Below are positions 25,700 to 37,421 of a stretch of 64,000 nucleotides of DNA, piece after piece. The notes beneath the pieces were generated by a model, which was given only the letters and a program-made list of their open reading frames with translations, had not been told where the DNA came from and did no database searches. The stretch's first letter is position 1. Every line of letters begins with the position of its first letter. Source of the stretch: Octopus bimaculoides (Eukaryota); assembly GCF_001194135.2 (NCBI RefSeq), contig NC_068991.1, positions 17,127,397-17,191,396 on the forward strand. The letters are read 5' to 3'. Made by a program: the position numbers and the translations under genes.

Positions 25700-25992
25700 C
25701 TTTGGAAATAATGCAACAGAAAAAGGCATAAAAGGATTCTGTTGGGCCATTCTTTCAACTGGGGTGAGTCGGTGAATAGAAAGAGGCACGCGGGGAGCCA
25801 GAGGCACGGCGATTCTTGTATAACCCAAGCAACCTTGCAATTAATTAAGTAACCCCAAACGCGAGAAGAATAGCGACCATAGGGTGCCGGAGTTATGAAG
25901 AGCATTATGAATGTGACCACTGCGAAAATGTAAAAGTATATACTTATATATTTCACAAGTTCTCTGTCGTCACCAAGTAAAGTTTCCAACAT
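25700..25992 (-). CDS. SRD5A1: Steroid 5-alpha-reductase (SRD5A1/2-like), exon 1 (293 nt)
   Basis: ATG at 25992; APYGRYS..WG..INCKVAWVIQESP..NRILLCLFLLHYFQR motifs; donor CAAAG|GTAATG at 25700/25699 (phase 2). Confidence 0.93.
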
Positions 25993-26072
25993 TTTGTCTT
26001 CGCTTCGGATTTACTATTGACGATCAAGGGTTGGTGTTGATTGTCGCGGATTGTAACAACTTCTGGCTTGAC

Positions 26073-26085
26073 AATACTTATATGC
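26073..26085 (-). promoter_or_regulatory. TATA-like box about 85 bp upstream of the SRD5A start codon
   Basis: Minus strand GCATATAAGTA; position plausible, function unverified. Confidence 0.3.
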
Positions 26086-26699
26086 GCTCATTAAATAATA
26101 GGCGTTGTTTTACGAGGTAATCAGGTTTATTTCTAAAGGTTTCGATTTCACATCCTGTATAAAAAAAAATAAACATATACCAGAATTATTAAAGAAAACA
26201 AAAACAATAAGAAACGAAATGTGTTTTTATTATTACTTACTTGAGAATCATAGTTATCTTTCTCTTTTTTACTAAACAAGAATTTTTACTTCGTTTTTAT
26301 TTACATCTCACCAGTGTAAATACTTTATAATTACTCTCCCTAGACACAAAAAGAAGTTTTACGCTGTTGAAAAACAATAAAGTATGTTCTATCACATTTA
26401 TATTGTCAACATATGTAAGAAAAAAACATTAGTTACATTTTAAAAATTAGCGTTTAATAGATAATAAAAATACTATTCAGAATACAAAACGATATCCAGT
26501 TATTTGTGGGGTGGTAAGTTAACTGTATTGTTTGCGTGTTGTCGGTTTTACGGATCTACGGCAGAGGTTTAGGAAGCGGGTGGCAGACATATAATGAATA
26601 TTTTAGAGTAACACCTCACACATACACTTCGAAAAGGAGAAACATCTCTCTCTCTCTTTACTACATATATATGTGTGTGCGCGCGTGTATACATTATAC

Positions 26700-26760
<61 letters not shown>

Positions 26761-27152
26761 TAGATAGATAGATAGATAGAAACAACAATATATATAAACA
26801 CACTCACACACACACAGTTACGTTGCAATAGGAGAACCAATTTTTCATTTCGTAAAGGAATTGGATGGCAAATGTGTAAAAAGTTAAATGTTTTTGACAA
26901 GAAATATGAATCTTCATCAACTCGATGCCAAAAATTCTTTCACAAAAGGTAAAAAAATCACCTAATTCTTTGCCTTTTCTCTTTTCTGTACAGTAGTTAT
27001 AGCGATTCTGAAAGTCCGACCCTGCCTCAGCGGTGTATATAGTAAAACAGTTTATTTACCAATTCGTAAGTAAACAAAAAATAAGATTGGCTTTCGATAC
27101 ATGGAATATATGCATGTTATTACCAATAACACAGAGAGAGAGAGAAAGAGAG

Positions 27153-27197
<45 letters not shown>

Positions 27198-27419
27198 GAG
27201 AGATTTCAAATCAAACATACGTATTCAGTCAAACTTACTTTGGAGATAAATTATTCTCTGGCTGATGCGCACGTTACGTGTGTTATATAAAAGTATTATA
27301 TAACCCCGACACAATCTCACTCTTTCCGTCTCGCGTGAACATGAATGCATACATATAATAAAATATGAATTCAGAGATAACATAACATCATTGAGGCTAA
27401 ATGTAGACTAAAAAGCACA

Positions 27420-27820
27420 TGGCTCCCCGAGTTGCAGGTACCCTGAGCTGGCCCTGCCTACATACCTACATTGGGGCCCTGGGATATGTAACACACTGCC
27501 TCACTGCCTAAATACCAATCTTGAGAAATTAGGCTTCTCAAAAACAGAAAGGAGAAAGCTGATTCGAAGACTACAGATCCAAGCCATCACTGGAACTGTA
27601 AAAATCTGTAAAACTTTCCAGAAGTTTAACATTTAAGTATATATGAGCATGTCTAGATATAAGAATACATACATAAAACAAAATATACAAATCTACACAT
27701 ATGCATGCATCCAAAAACATCCTATTGATGCTGTTGAAATTCCAATGAAGGAGCCTTGGATCTAGGTTAGAAACCGGCTCTTCCTATATTGGCAAGAAAT
27801 CTTGAAATTAAACTGAATAA
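27420..27820 (+). mobile_element. R4/Dong-type RLE retrotransposon, C-terminus and 3' UTR
   Basis: GALGYVTHCL..LEKLGFSKTERRKLIRRLQIQAITGTVKICKTFQKF, then stop. Confidence 0.7.
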
Positions 27821-28440
27821 TGACATACTTACATACATACATAAGTGATGAGGAATGTTACAGATACCTAGGGGTAGATGAAAATATATCTTATGATAGC
27901 ACCTGTATCAGGACACGTGTCACTAAAGAGTATTACAGCCGAATAAGGAAGAAAAGAACTTCAGAACTCTCTGCATTTAGTAAAACAGTAACTCACAATG
28001 CGTTTGCAGTACAGTACTCATACCAACATTTGGGTTACTTGATTGGACGCTTTATGACATCTGAGCTATTGATGTAAAAACCCGGAACCAGCACAAATAA
28101 TTTTCACTTCAACAGAAACGTAAACCGCCTATAATTAAAATGAAAACAAAAAGGCAGAGGCTTAGCATCGACCAAAACTACCTTTGAATATCATATCGCA
28201 TCCCTCCAGCAACATCTTTTAACCATCAAGTGTCGAAGTGCATCCCAAGACCAAGTTTGCACACAAGAGGCAAATGACATGAGACTTGGAAAGTAGCTCC
28301 TCAAGCAGCGTTCCTTGTCTGACAACTTTGAGTATATACCCAAAGAAATTGCACGACTCTACCGCAGCGTATTATCAGATGAAAGGATGAGTGTGTATCA
28401 GAAGAAGACCATGCATGGATATGTTAACTGAAAGCTCCAG
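27820..28440 (+). mobile_element. R4/Dong-type RT-thumb fragment
   Basis: YRYLGVDENISYD..VTKEYYSRIRK..SELSAFSKTVTHNAFAV. Confidence 0.72.
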
Positions 28441-28474
28441 TATGGCAGTAACATTCTTTTCTAATCTAGGCACA

Positions 28475-28824
28475 AGGCTCGAAATTCTGAGGGGGGGGGC
28501 AGTCGATTAGACCGACCCCAGTACGCAACTGGTACTTAATTTATCGACCTCGAAAGGATGAAAGGCAAAGTCGACCTTGGCGGAATTTGAACTCAGAACA
28601 TAAAGACAGATGATATACCACTAAGCATTTCTCCCAGCGTGCTAACGTTTCAGATTTCTTTATTGCCCACAAGGGGCTAAACATAGTAGGAACAAACAAG
28701 GACAGACAAAGTGATTAAGTCGATTACATCGACCCCAGTGCGTAACTGGTACTTAATTTATCGACTTCGAAAGGATGATAGGCAAGGTCGACCTCGGCAG
28801 AATTTGAACTCAGACGAAAGACCG
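28475..28824 (-). mobile_element. Nested/tandem tRNA-derived SINE copies (Meta-domain-like family)
   Basis: Reverse complement of GCCTTTCATCCTTTCG.GGTCGATAAATTAAGTACCAG core occurs twice; 3' tail TTGTCTGTCCTTGTTTG..AATAAAGAAAT. Confidence 0.85.
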
Positions 28825-30614
28825 ATTTCTTTATTAGGCATAAAGCCCTAAACACAGATGCGGACACCACAAGGACAGACAAGACCACAGTGGGGACAAA
28901 AGCATAAAACGAATGTAAATGGGATGAAATTATATAATAATGAAAAAAATGAAAATGGCCTCACGGGCCCCACTCCCATGCGGTACCATTTGAACCATTA
29001 TATGTACTGTCTACAATTGTCCTTTTTCCTACTCTTATCACCATTATTTTCCTAAAAATAACATTTAACATACTTTTTTTCTCTCTTTTAGTAGAATTTC
29101 ATCAGTGGTTCAATATCTCTCATATTCACTACTGGTGGCAACTCCTTGAATTCCACCTCCACTCCTGGTGGGTCAACACTATCTACACATCTCTTTCAAC
29201 TTTCTGTAGTTCTCTTCTTCAATCAGTATTACCTTCATATCCTCTACGTAGACGTATGAAGGCACCTTCACTCTTACTATTGAATTAAACTTAATAATCT
29301 TTTTTACTGTTTCTACATTCTTTGGGTATGTCACATAATCCCACATTCCATCTCCTCCTCGTATCTTCTTTCCTTTGTACTTTTAGTTATCTTTTTCCTT
29401 CCTCTATCCTAAATAATCTCTCCAACTCTCCTTCCTGCAGTTATATTTCCGATTCCTTCTCCACTGGAACAACCGGTATCTTCACTGGTAACTCCACTTT
29501 CTTTTTACTTTCCCTTTTTTTCTTCCTTCCTACTGCTCTCCTTCACAGTTTCTTTTCTCACCTCTTCTCTCTTCTTTTTCTGTTTCTCTGGCGGAGAACT
29601 CATTCCTCCGCACCTCTTTCTTTTCTTTTTAACCATAGTAAATCCATTCTCTGTTTCTTTTTCTGTTACTATGATCTGGTCCACACTCTCCTTTCTCTCC
29701 ACCTATTCTGCTTGTTGTTCTCTTTGGGCGCACCACGCCTTCATGTGGCCCCTCTCTCCACATGTGAAACATATCGGCGGCCTTTCCTCCACAATAAGTC
29801 TCAATCTTACATCTTCTGGCAGCAGAATCTCATCCACTACACTGTTCAAATCCTCCGTAATTGCCTGTATAGTTAATTCGATACCATACCCTCAGTAGTT
29901 TACTTTCTGGGTCCTAGTAACCTTCAAGATCATTCCATCCTTCATAGTATATGTTACTGCTGTCATCAGCCATTCTTCTTTTAATTCGGGTAGCACCCTA
30001 CCCACTCACACTTTAGCCACACGTTTGCCGCAGTACGAAGGCAAGAGCACCCATTCTTCAGACCTTATTGCCTCTGTGGAGTGCTTTATCGCTTCCTCCT
30101 CCGTTGTGAAGCGCACCTCCACAGTGGCGTATCTCCTCCCTCTTGTAACGTATGTTGTAACTCTTTACAATTCCTTAATACATTCCTCTATGGCTTCTAT
30201 CGGCGCAATCTCTATTTTCCTCGTAGCTGTCTTCATGGTTTTAAATGTTACCGTTCTTTTTAACACGTTGGCCGATAACTCTTCCGGTGGCGTTAGCTTC
30301 ACTATGTTACCTTCCTTAGTGGTTAATTTTTCACTTTCCTTCATCTTTCTGGGCTCCACTTTTATTTCTCGGACCTCTAACTCTTGCACGCCTACTCCTT
30401 TGCTCGTTGTGGCTGCATAACTGGGGCCTGCCTCCGGCGCCTTCTCCATTTTCCCACAATGGGAAACAAAACAACAATTAACCAATCAACAACGGCAACA
30501 ATTAAACAACAATTCAATCAACAGTTCAATAAACAGTTCAATAAACAGTTCAATAAACAGTTCAATAAACAGTTCAATAAACAGTTCAACTTAAACTTAC
30601 GTATTAACTTCACA
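28825..30614 (-). mobile_element. ORF1-only non-LTR element A (gag-like ORF1 with CCHC knuckle, no ORF2; HAL1-like)
   Basis: Frameshifted ORF1 from about 30450 to 29090 including RPPICFTCGERGHMKAWC; about 250 bp later a LINE-type 3' tail ending AATAAAGAAAT; 12-mer array in the 5' UTR. Confidence 0.7.
30521..30589. repeat. (ACAGTTCAATAA)n 12-mer array, about 6 copies
   Basis: Direct reading of the sequence. Confidence 0.95.
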
Positions 30615-30662
30615 GCTAAGCAGTTCGCCCGGCGTGCTCACGTTTCTGCCAGCACGCTGCTT
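30615..30662 (-). mobile_element. 5' head of the tRNA-derived SINE, separated from its body by element A
   Basis: Reverse complement GCAGCGTGCTGGCAGAAACGTGAGCACGCCGGGCGAACTGCTTAGC matches the head of the full-length SINE at 56155. Confidence 0.8.
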
Positions 30663-30734
30663 TTGTATGGCAGTATAAGAGTTGGATGAGATATGACGGC
30701 TCGGCCGTCTCTCCCCAGTTCTTATATTAATCAT

Positions 30735-31048
30735 TAAAATTCAGAAATACAACACGAGGGATAACGGTAACAGCAGATCAATAGTTTATTCTAGGTTGGT
30801 GTAGAGCCGTTTAGTTCCTGGGTGAATAGGCATGCCGCTAGAATACCAAAGAAGCTTCGGCCACATGTCGGGGTCGAGCTGAGAGATACGTATTGTCGCC
30901 ACCGCTGCTAGAGAGGGAAGAGAGCGAACGCTATTTCTTTCTCTCTACCTGTTGCATTGCGCGTGCGTGCTCGGGTACTTCCACTGACGGCAAATCCCTT
31001 GCACATGCGCGATGGCACTTCCCAAGATGGCGGCCAAACGCGTCACTA
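30735..31048 (-). mobile_element. Possible solo LTR
   Basis: Reverse complement begins TGTAGTGACGCG; GC-rich promoter-like body and AATAAA near the distal end; far boundary and TSD not resolved. Confidence 0.3.
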
Positions 31049-31079
31049 CAGCAGTAATATTAATAATCAAAGTAGTCTA

Positions 31080-31790
31080 TCATGGTCCAACAAACCGGAT
31101 TACTAACTCACACTGTGAAGGGTATGCGTTTGCCATCCAAGAACAGGAAATAACCAAATACCTGATGCACAGAAAGGACAGCGACGCAGAAAACATCAAA
31201 ATGTGATAATTGATGCAGACTCTATGGAGTTAACACCGAAGATATATCACTCACATCATAAGCAATTTTCCAAAATTGTTATCGCTGTATTATCTACCGG
31301 TGAGACATGATGTAGCCAAGACACTGTATAAGGAGATCCGACGGAAGGATAATGCTAAGGCCAAAGAGATAAGAACCCAGAGTATAGTAGAGCCATAGCC
31401 ATTCATAGTATGAAAAAGTACTGGTGGAATGCCTCAATAAAATGTAAAAATAATAGAGCAGACAGAGTGATTTGGGACATGCCCACTGAACGTCAACACA
31501 AAGCTGAAGATCAGTGAAAAAGAAAACACCTACGTTGAACTGTTGAGAAATTTACAGTTACTCTATCCAAATTACAAGTTCGGGTTTATACCTGTAATTA
31601 TTGGGGCACTGGGATGTGTAACAAACTGCTTAAGCGCCAGTCTTGAAAAATTAGGCTTCTCAAACCCCAAAAGGAGAAAACTAATTGGAAGATTACAGAT
31701 TTCAGCTATCAATTGAACTGTAAAAATTTGTAAAATTAGTAGTTCAGTATTTGCGTATGTCTAGAAATGCAACTATATGCATGAGAACAT
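31080..31790 (+). mobile_element. R4/Dong-type C-terminal fragment (degenerate)
   Basis: EGYAFAIQEQEI.TKYL; RHDVVAKTLYKEI; FIPVIIGALGCV..LEKLGF, homologous to 27420-27640. Confidence 0.72.
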
Positions 31791-31888
31791 ATATTTATCT
31801 CAAAAGAAAAGAAAACTCAGCAGGTCTTGATCAGCTTTTAGAGATCTCCGTTAGATGTGGAAGGAAAGAGCTTTTAGTCCATCATTGC

Positions 31889-32000
31889 TGTTGTAGGGAA
31901 TTAGTAATAATAGTACACCCCAACCACGTGGGTACTAATAGCGATACTGCGTATACCGAAGTGGGTGTTTTAATAATCCAACATTATAAGGATTACAACA
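31889..32000 (+). mobile_element. Gypsy 5' LTR (112 bp)
   Basis: TGTTGTAGGG...TTACAACA, followed by PBS-like GTGACGACGAGGAT; homologous split copy at 34449-34488 plus 35563-35628. Confidence 0.8.
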
Positions 32001-34390
32001 GTGACGACGAGGATTTTAACAACTCACGGTGAATTAACAACTTTTGAGGAGTTAACAAACTCATAATGTTACTGTTGAGTGAATTTTACGAAAAAAATCG
32101 TAAAAATCATGGAAAATTTGTTGGCCGGTTTGCTCGAGTTGCAAAAACAGCAACAACAACTGAAAGAACAACAAAAACTATTACAGTAACAAATACTGCA
32201 ATTCATGAAGTCGTCAGGAAATTCAGAAAAAAGTGTTCTCGCCAGACTATGTCGCGAACTCCAAAACAGAGTTCAAGTACGAACCTGACAAAGGAGTTAA
32301 CTTCGAAGAATACTACAGAAGATATGAGCAAATCTTCGAGAAAGAATGTAAAGATTGGGACGACGAGATGAAAACGCGCTTAATTTTGAGAAAACTGGCA
32401 GCAACAGACAACAGTAATTATGCACTTCCAAGAAAACCTTCGGACAAATTTTAATGACTCAATTGATATATTGTGTAAAATTTTCAGTGAAAAAAGCTCA
32501 TTGTTCAACAAACGTTGGAAGTGTTTGAACATAGAGAAAAACAACGACGAAGACTGTATTACATATGCTGTTAGAGTAATCAGGGAATGCGAGAAGTTTA
32601 AGCTGGATACATTATTTTCAGATATGTTCAATTGCCTGATTTTCATACAGGGACTAACTGCCAAAAAGAACGCAGACGTCAGAACTAGAATTCTTGCAAA
32701 CCTGAGCAAAAAGTGTCTGAAGAAGGTGAAAGGCTACTTAAATTAAGACATGACACAGAGGAAATTGAACACAAAGATTGTTCCCAAGTAAAACTAGTGT
32801 GGAATAGTCTGAATAGAGATAAAGTGTTTTCTAAAAAACACGACAAACACCAGGATATAAACCCATGTTTTGCATGTGTTGATATGGACCTGAGGAAAAG
32901 TTGTCCATTTAAAAAAGCAGAGTGTTTTCATTGAGGAAATATAGGACAATTAAGACGCACTGTAGAAAGAAAATGATAAAACGTCAGAATAAAGGGAAAA
33001 AAATATATTTTGTCATCGAAAAAAATAAATGGGTAATACAACGAACAGAAAATTCGTACATGTGAAAATTAAAAATACGAGTGTAAAACTGAAGTTCGAC
33101 ACATGTAGTGACATGACTATTATAAACGAAAAAACGTTGGAACATATCAGTAAGCCGAAATTAATTAAATCTAAAAAGGTAGCACATGGTGTTACTGGTA
33201 ATAGATTATATTTTATCGGTGAATACGTATGTGACGTAACATTTCGAGGTCAAACGAAAAAGGCTATGATATATGTATTAAAACATTCACTTAATTTATA
33301 TGGTATAAAGTGGATAAAACTATTCAGTTTATGGAATACACCCATAAGTGTTTTGCGTAGAAATATAATCGCCTCAGTCGAACGTTCAAATGCGGCTGAA
33401 GGACTGAAACGAAAAAATCGCAGTAAAACAAAGTAGAACACATATATTTAAATCAAAACTAAATGCACCGTTCACGAAAAAAATTCCCACGATAAAAGGC
33501 GAACCTTAGAAAAACGTAGATGTTCCGTGGTCGAGACTACACATCGATGTAGCGAGTCCATTAAATGGTTCTTACTACTAAGTGATAGTTGATAGTTTTT
33601 CAATATGGCCTAAAATTTACAAGTGTAAAAAAAACAACCTACTCAACTGTGATATAGTTTTTACACGAATTGTTTGCAAGATTTGGCATCCCAAATAAGA
33701 TAGTGTCTGGCAATGGAACGTAATTTGTGTCGAGCGAATTCAAAAAAAATTGTGAAACGTTGGTAGTAGAACATATAACTACGGCGCCATACCACCCCAG
33801 ATCTAATGGACAGGCAGAACGCTTTGTCGATACCTTCGAAAGAGCCATTAGAAAATCAAATGAGGAGGTCACTCAACAATATTTAAGAGTGTATCGTGTG
33901 ACACCAAATCCAAATACACCAGCAGGTAACTCACCAGCGGAGCTAATGATTGTAAGGAAAGTAAAATCAATTTTTGATGAAATGCTACCTGGCAAGAAAA
34001 GAAAAAGTGCCAGGGAAGACATAACAAGATTTTTTTAAGTTGGTGAAAAGGTGTATATGAGGCCATACAAGAATGGAAAGCAGGGTTGGGAAGATGGCGT
34101 AATAACCTAGTGCATAGGTAAAATGATATATTGGGTAAAAAGTAGAAAAGGCATACAAAAGAGACACAGGAACCAACTGAAAAAGAGATTCGTGGAAACT
34201 GAACCAAAGAAGTTGGAGGAACCCCATGGAATGGTTGTACGATACGTCCCAAGTATCAACGTCACGACAAGTGATTGAACCCAGGCGTACAAATGAGAGG
34301 AAAAGAAAACATACAGTGTTCCTGAAAAAAGATGCCAAGAGAAAAAAATATTAAATTGTTCGAAAAAAAAATCTCGGAAAGGGGAGGTGG
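32001..34390 (+). mobile_element. Gypsy internal region: degenerate gag, protease and integrase; RT/RNase H absent
   Basis: gag-like FEEYYRRYEQIF..DWDD; protease KLKFDTCSDMTIIN; integrase PWSRLHID..VDSFS, TAPYHPRSNGQAERFVDTF; PPT GGAAAGGGGAGG near 34376. Confidence 0.88.
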
Positions 34391-34448
34391 AGTGAATAAA
34401 AAAATCATTGCTGAATAAAATGACAGTTCTAAGAAAAACTTAGAGAGA

Positions 34449-35628
34449 TGTTGTAGGAATTAGTAATAATGGTACACCCCTCCCACGTGACGAGTAGAAT
34501 GATCCAGTCACAATAAGTAAGGTGACGTCGGCCATGGTGGGGATTCGGTGTGGATGCGCTCGTGCACATAACCTTGCCAGATCTGCACAACATAGCAGAA
34601 GAGGTGGAGCTCCCCGACGGAACACGACTGAAAGTTGTGGTGGAGGGAAGACCACCAATATGTTATAAATGTAAAAGTAGGGGACACATGCAGGCGGTGT
34701 GTCCCCGCAGAGAAGTACAAGTGGATGAAATAGAGGTCTGTTAAGAGGAGATGGTGGAAGGCGTACAAGAGGAGGTGGAGAAAAAGCAGGTGGAGATTGT
34801 GGAGTGCGAGAAAATTTCTCAAGAAACAGATAGAAAGCGTATGCGGACTGAATCGCCGCCAAAGGACCCCCCAAAAAAGAGAGGAGGAAAAAAAAAAGAC
34901 GGAGAAGGAAATGGAAACCGAAAAAGACGAAGCTGAGAATCGAACCCAAGATACAGAGCACGAAAAAATGAAAAGAAAGGAAAAGCGGAGGAATTGGTCG
35001 AACAAGATAATAGACGAGCAGACAAGAGCAAGGATGGAAGGGAAGGTAATTGGAAAAGTTGATTATAAAAATATCAAAACAGTGATTTTTTACGACAAGG
35101 ATTTAGAGTTGGAAAAGACGATTGCAAGAATAAAAGGATTAGTAAGACTTAAACTGGACCCTGAAACGTTTGAAGAAAAAAAAAAGCTATATTGGTGGAA
35201 GAGTATGTGATGCAGAGACTGCAACGGATACACCCGGACAAGTTTAAAATAAGTGGATTATACGTGGGCTACGACACCCTGCCAAGTGTAGTAACGGTAG
35301 AGGAGCTGTGGCCACTTTCAATTGTTAATAAAAAAATATGATCATTAACTGTATGAGAAAACTGTTAAATGAAACTGCGAGTTTTGGGGGACTCGTAAGC
35401 GATTTCATCACCTCATTGTAAGTAATTCATTTCATTCATCAGTCATTCTTTGTACCCCACGTATTGTATTGCTTTGTCTGTCCTTGTAGTGTCCCCCTCT
35501 GTGTTAAGGCCTTAAGTGCCGAATAAAAAATAGGACTGTGTTGAAAGTCGTGTCTTACAGAGCTAATAGCAATACTGTGTATACCGAAGTGGGCTTTATA
35601 ATAATCTAACATTATTAAGATTACAACA
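34449..35628 (+). mobile_element. Second Gypsy LTR copy, split by insertion of ORF1-only element B
   Basis: First 40 bp (TGTTGTAGG..CCCACGTG) and last 66 bp (CTAATAGC..TTACAACA) match the 31889 LTR. Confidence 0.8.
34489..35532 (+). mobile_element. ORF1-only non-LTR element B (5'-truncated, divergent relative of A)
   Basis: RLKVVVEGRPPICYKCKSRGHMQAVC knuckle; K/E-rich middle; ORF ends near 35340 and is followed within about 150 bp by tail TTGTCTGTCCTTGTAGTGTCCCCCTCTGTGTTAAGGCC..AATAAAAAA. Confidence 0.7.
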
Positions 35629-35649
35629 GTGCCGAACAGAGATAAAACA

Positions 35650-37260
35650 ATTGCCAAGATTAACAGCATATCTACTCGCCAATGAGTGCATCAACAAGTG
35701 TCTCCAAAAATGCTGGGTCCCGATATACTCTGGGTGCCTTGATCTTACATCAGTAATCAACCACATCATCAAGGAGGCAAAAAGGAATAGCATACTTCTA
35801 TAGCATATTTAGGACCTCATCAAAGCCCACCAAAGTGTGCCTCACAAGCTAATCTAAAGTGTATTGGAGTACTACCAAATACCAGAAGCTATAGTCAAGC
35901 TCGTGATGTCGCACATATATTCGTTAAAGATGAGGTTCACTGTGGGAATTTCATCACCAAACGACAAGGACTCGGGTATTTTGGCAGAGTGAACATTGTC
36001 CGTGGTCTTGTTTATGGATGCTGTGAACCTCCAATAAATGGTGGGAAGAAAGTAGTCTAGAGAACCAGAAACAGATGACAATACAAGATATCTTCGGTGA
36101 TGGCACAACAGTCATGAGATCAACCATCCAAGGAACATGGCGAATCTTGAGCTCACTTGGAAAGATGACCGTATAGTCACGTATGAAATTCAGTCCAGGA
36201 AAATCTCGGAACCTAAGTATCATAAAACGAATTGACCAATAACATCTTTAGCAATCTGAGATTCCAACAATTTGGAGGAAAAAAGTCTATCACTTCCAGT
36301 ATGGCACCATAATCAGACTGCAGTGGTCGTTCATTATAACTCTGGGAAATCAATTGGAGAGATTGCATAGTAAATTCCAGCGAAATGGTTGAGTGTTACC
36401 CCAAATTTCAACTCAGTTAACCTGTACAGCAAGACTTCTATGTTCCACTCAGTGATGGAAGTACTGACGTGAGAAAATTGTCCTCACTCCTACGCACCGT
36501 TGCTTATATTTTGTCAAACCAAATAACCCTTACAGTCCAAGGCAAGCAGGAAGACACATCCTGCAAGCGGTGTGGAGCAACTGTTTGTACCTTGAACCAC
36601 GTTTTGACCGGATACCCTATGGCACTGGAAGAAGTCTGATACAGGTGGAGGGGCGATAAGGTTCTTATAGAAATTTTCACACGGACGGACCTGTAGAGAA
36701 TGAAGCCTCGGTCATCACCATTCAAAGATATCAAACTCCTAAGGGAAAATGATAAGGCTCCTAAAACAAAAGCAGATTGGCGGGGACGTTTTCTATTTTG
36801 CATCATGCCTCAGACTGAGAAATGCAAGTGAATCTAAAGAGTAAGTCATCTTTCCGGAAGGGGTGGCAGTAACAGCCCTACAATAAACATGTTCCTGCTA
36901 ACTGGGAACATAAAAACAATTGTCGTTGCTAGGTGGATGGATCTCACCACCCGAAGAAAGTCAATTATCAAGACTTGTTAGATGAATCTCTTGTCGAATG
37001 ATGGCATGTAACTTTATTCTCCATTGAAGTCGGCTGGTGCGATTTCCAGCAAGTTCGGTGCGCTATTTCCAGCAGGGGATCAATTTGGAACCTAAACACT
37101 TGCCAAAAGCCACCTAAGAGATAGCCATGACAGTTTGGACGAATTCAAAGGGGTTTTGGTTGAAATCGCTTGTGTGACCTTTCATGCGAGTGAATACTAA
37201 TTCAGTCCTCGCTGATCCTCTCCGTCGAAGCGTATAGGCTGAGGGGTGAAACGCTTGTGA
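35650..37260 (+). mobile_element. HERO/NeSL-like RLE non-LTR retrotransposon relic
   Basis: TVMRSTIQGTWRILSSL..RMKFSPGKSRNLSI RT segment; CKRCGATVCTLNHVL..YRWR.DKVL zinc-knuckle segment; heavily mutated. Confidence 0.65.
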
Positions 37261-37421
37261 TCCTGAAATATCTGACAATGATACTGAAGGGTTTCCATCA
37301 TCAAGATAGCTTTAGCTACCATCAGTAGAAGAGCTTGCAGTATCCTTAAGTAGCTTCTGCAATTTCTGTGTAAGGCAAACCATTTCTGAGATTTATTTCA
37401 CTCACATACATACATACATGC

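Noticed and set aside
27745-27785. Hammerhead-like CCAATGAAGG...GAAACC in the R4/Dong 3' UTR
   Set aside because: Core deviates from CUGANGA at two positions and helix I cannot be built.
30384-30689. ORF with QFNK repeats
   Set aside because: Antisense translation of the 12-mer array and SINE head.
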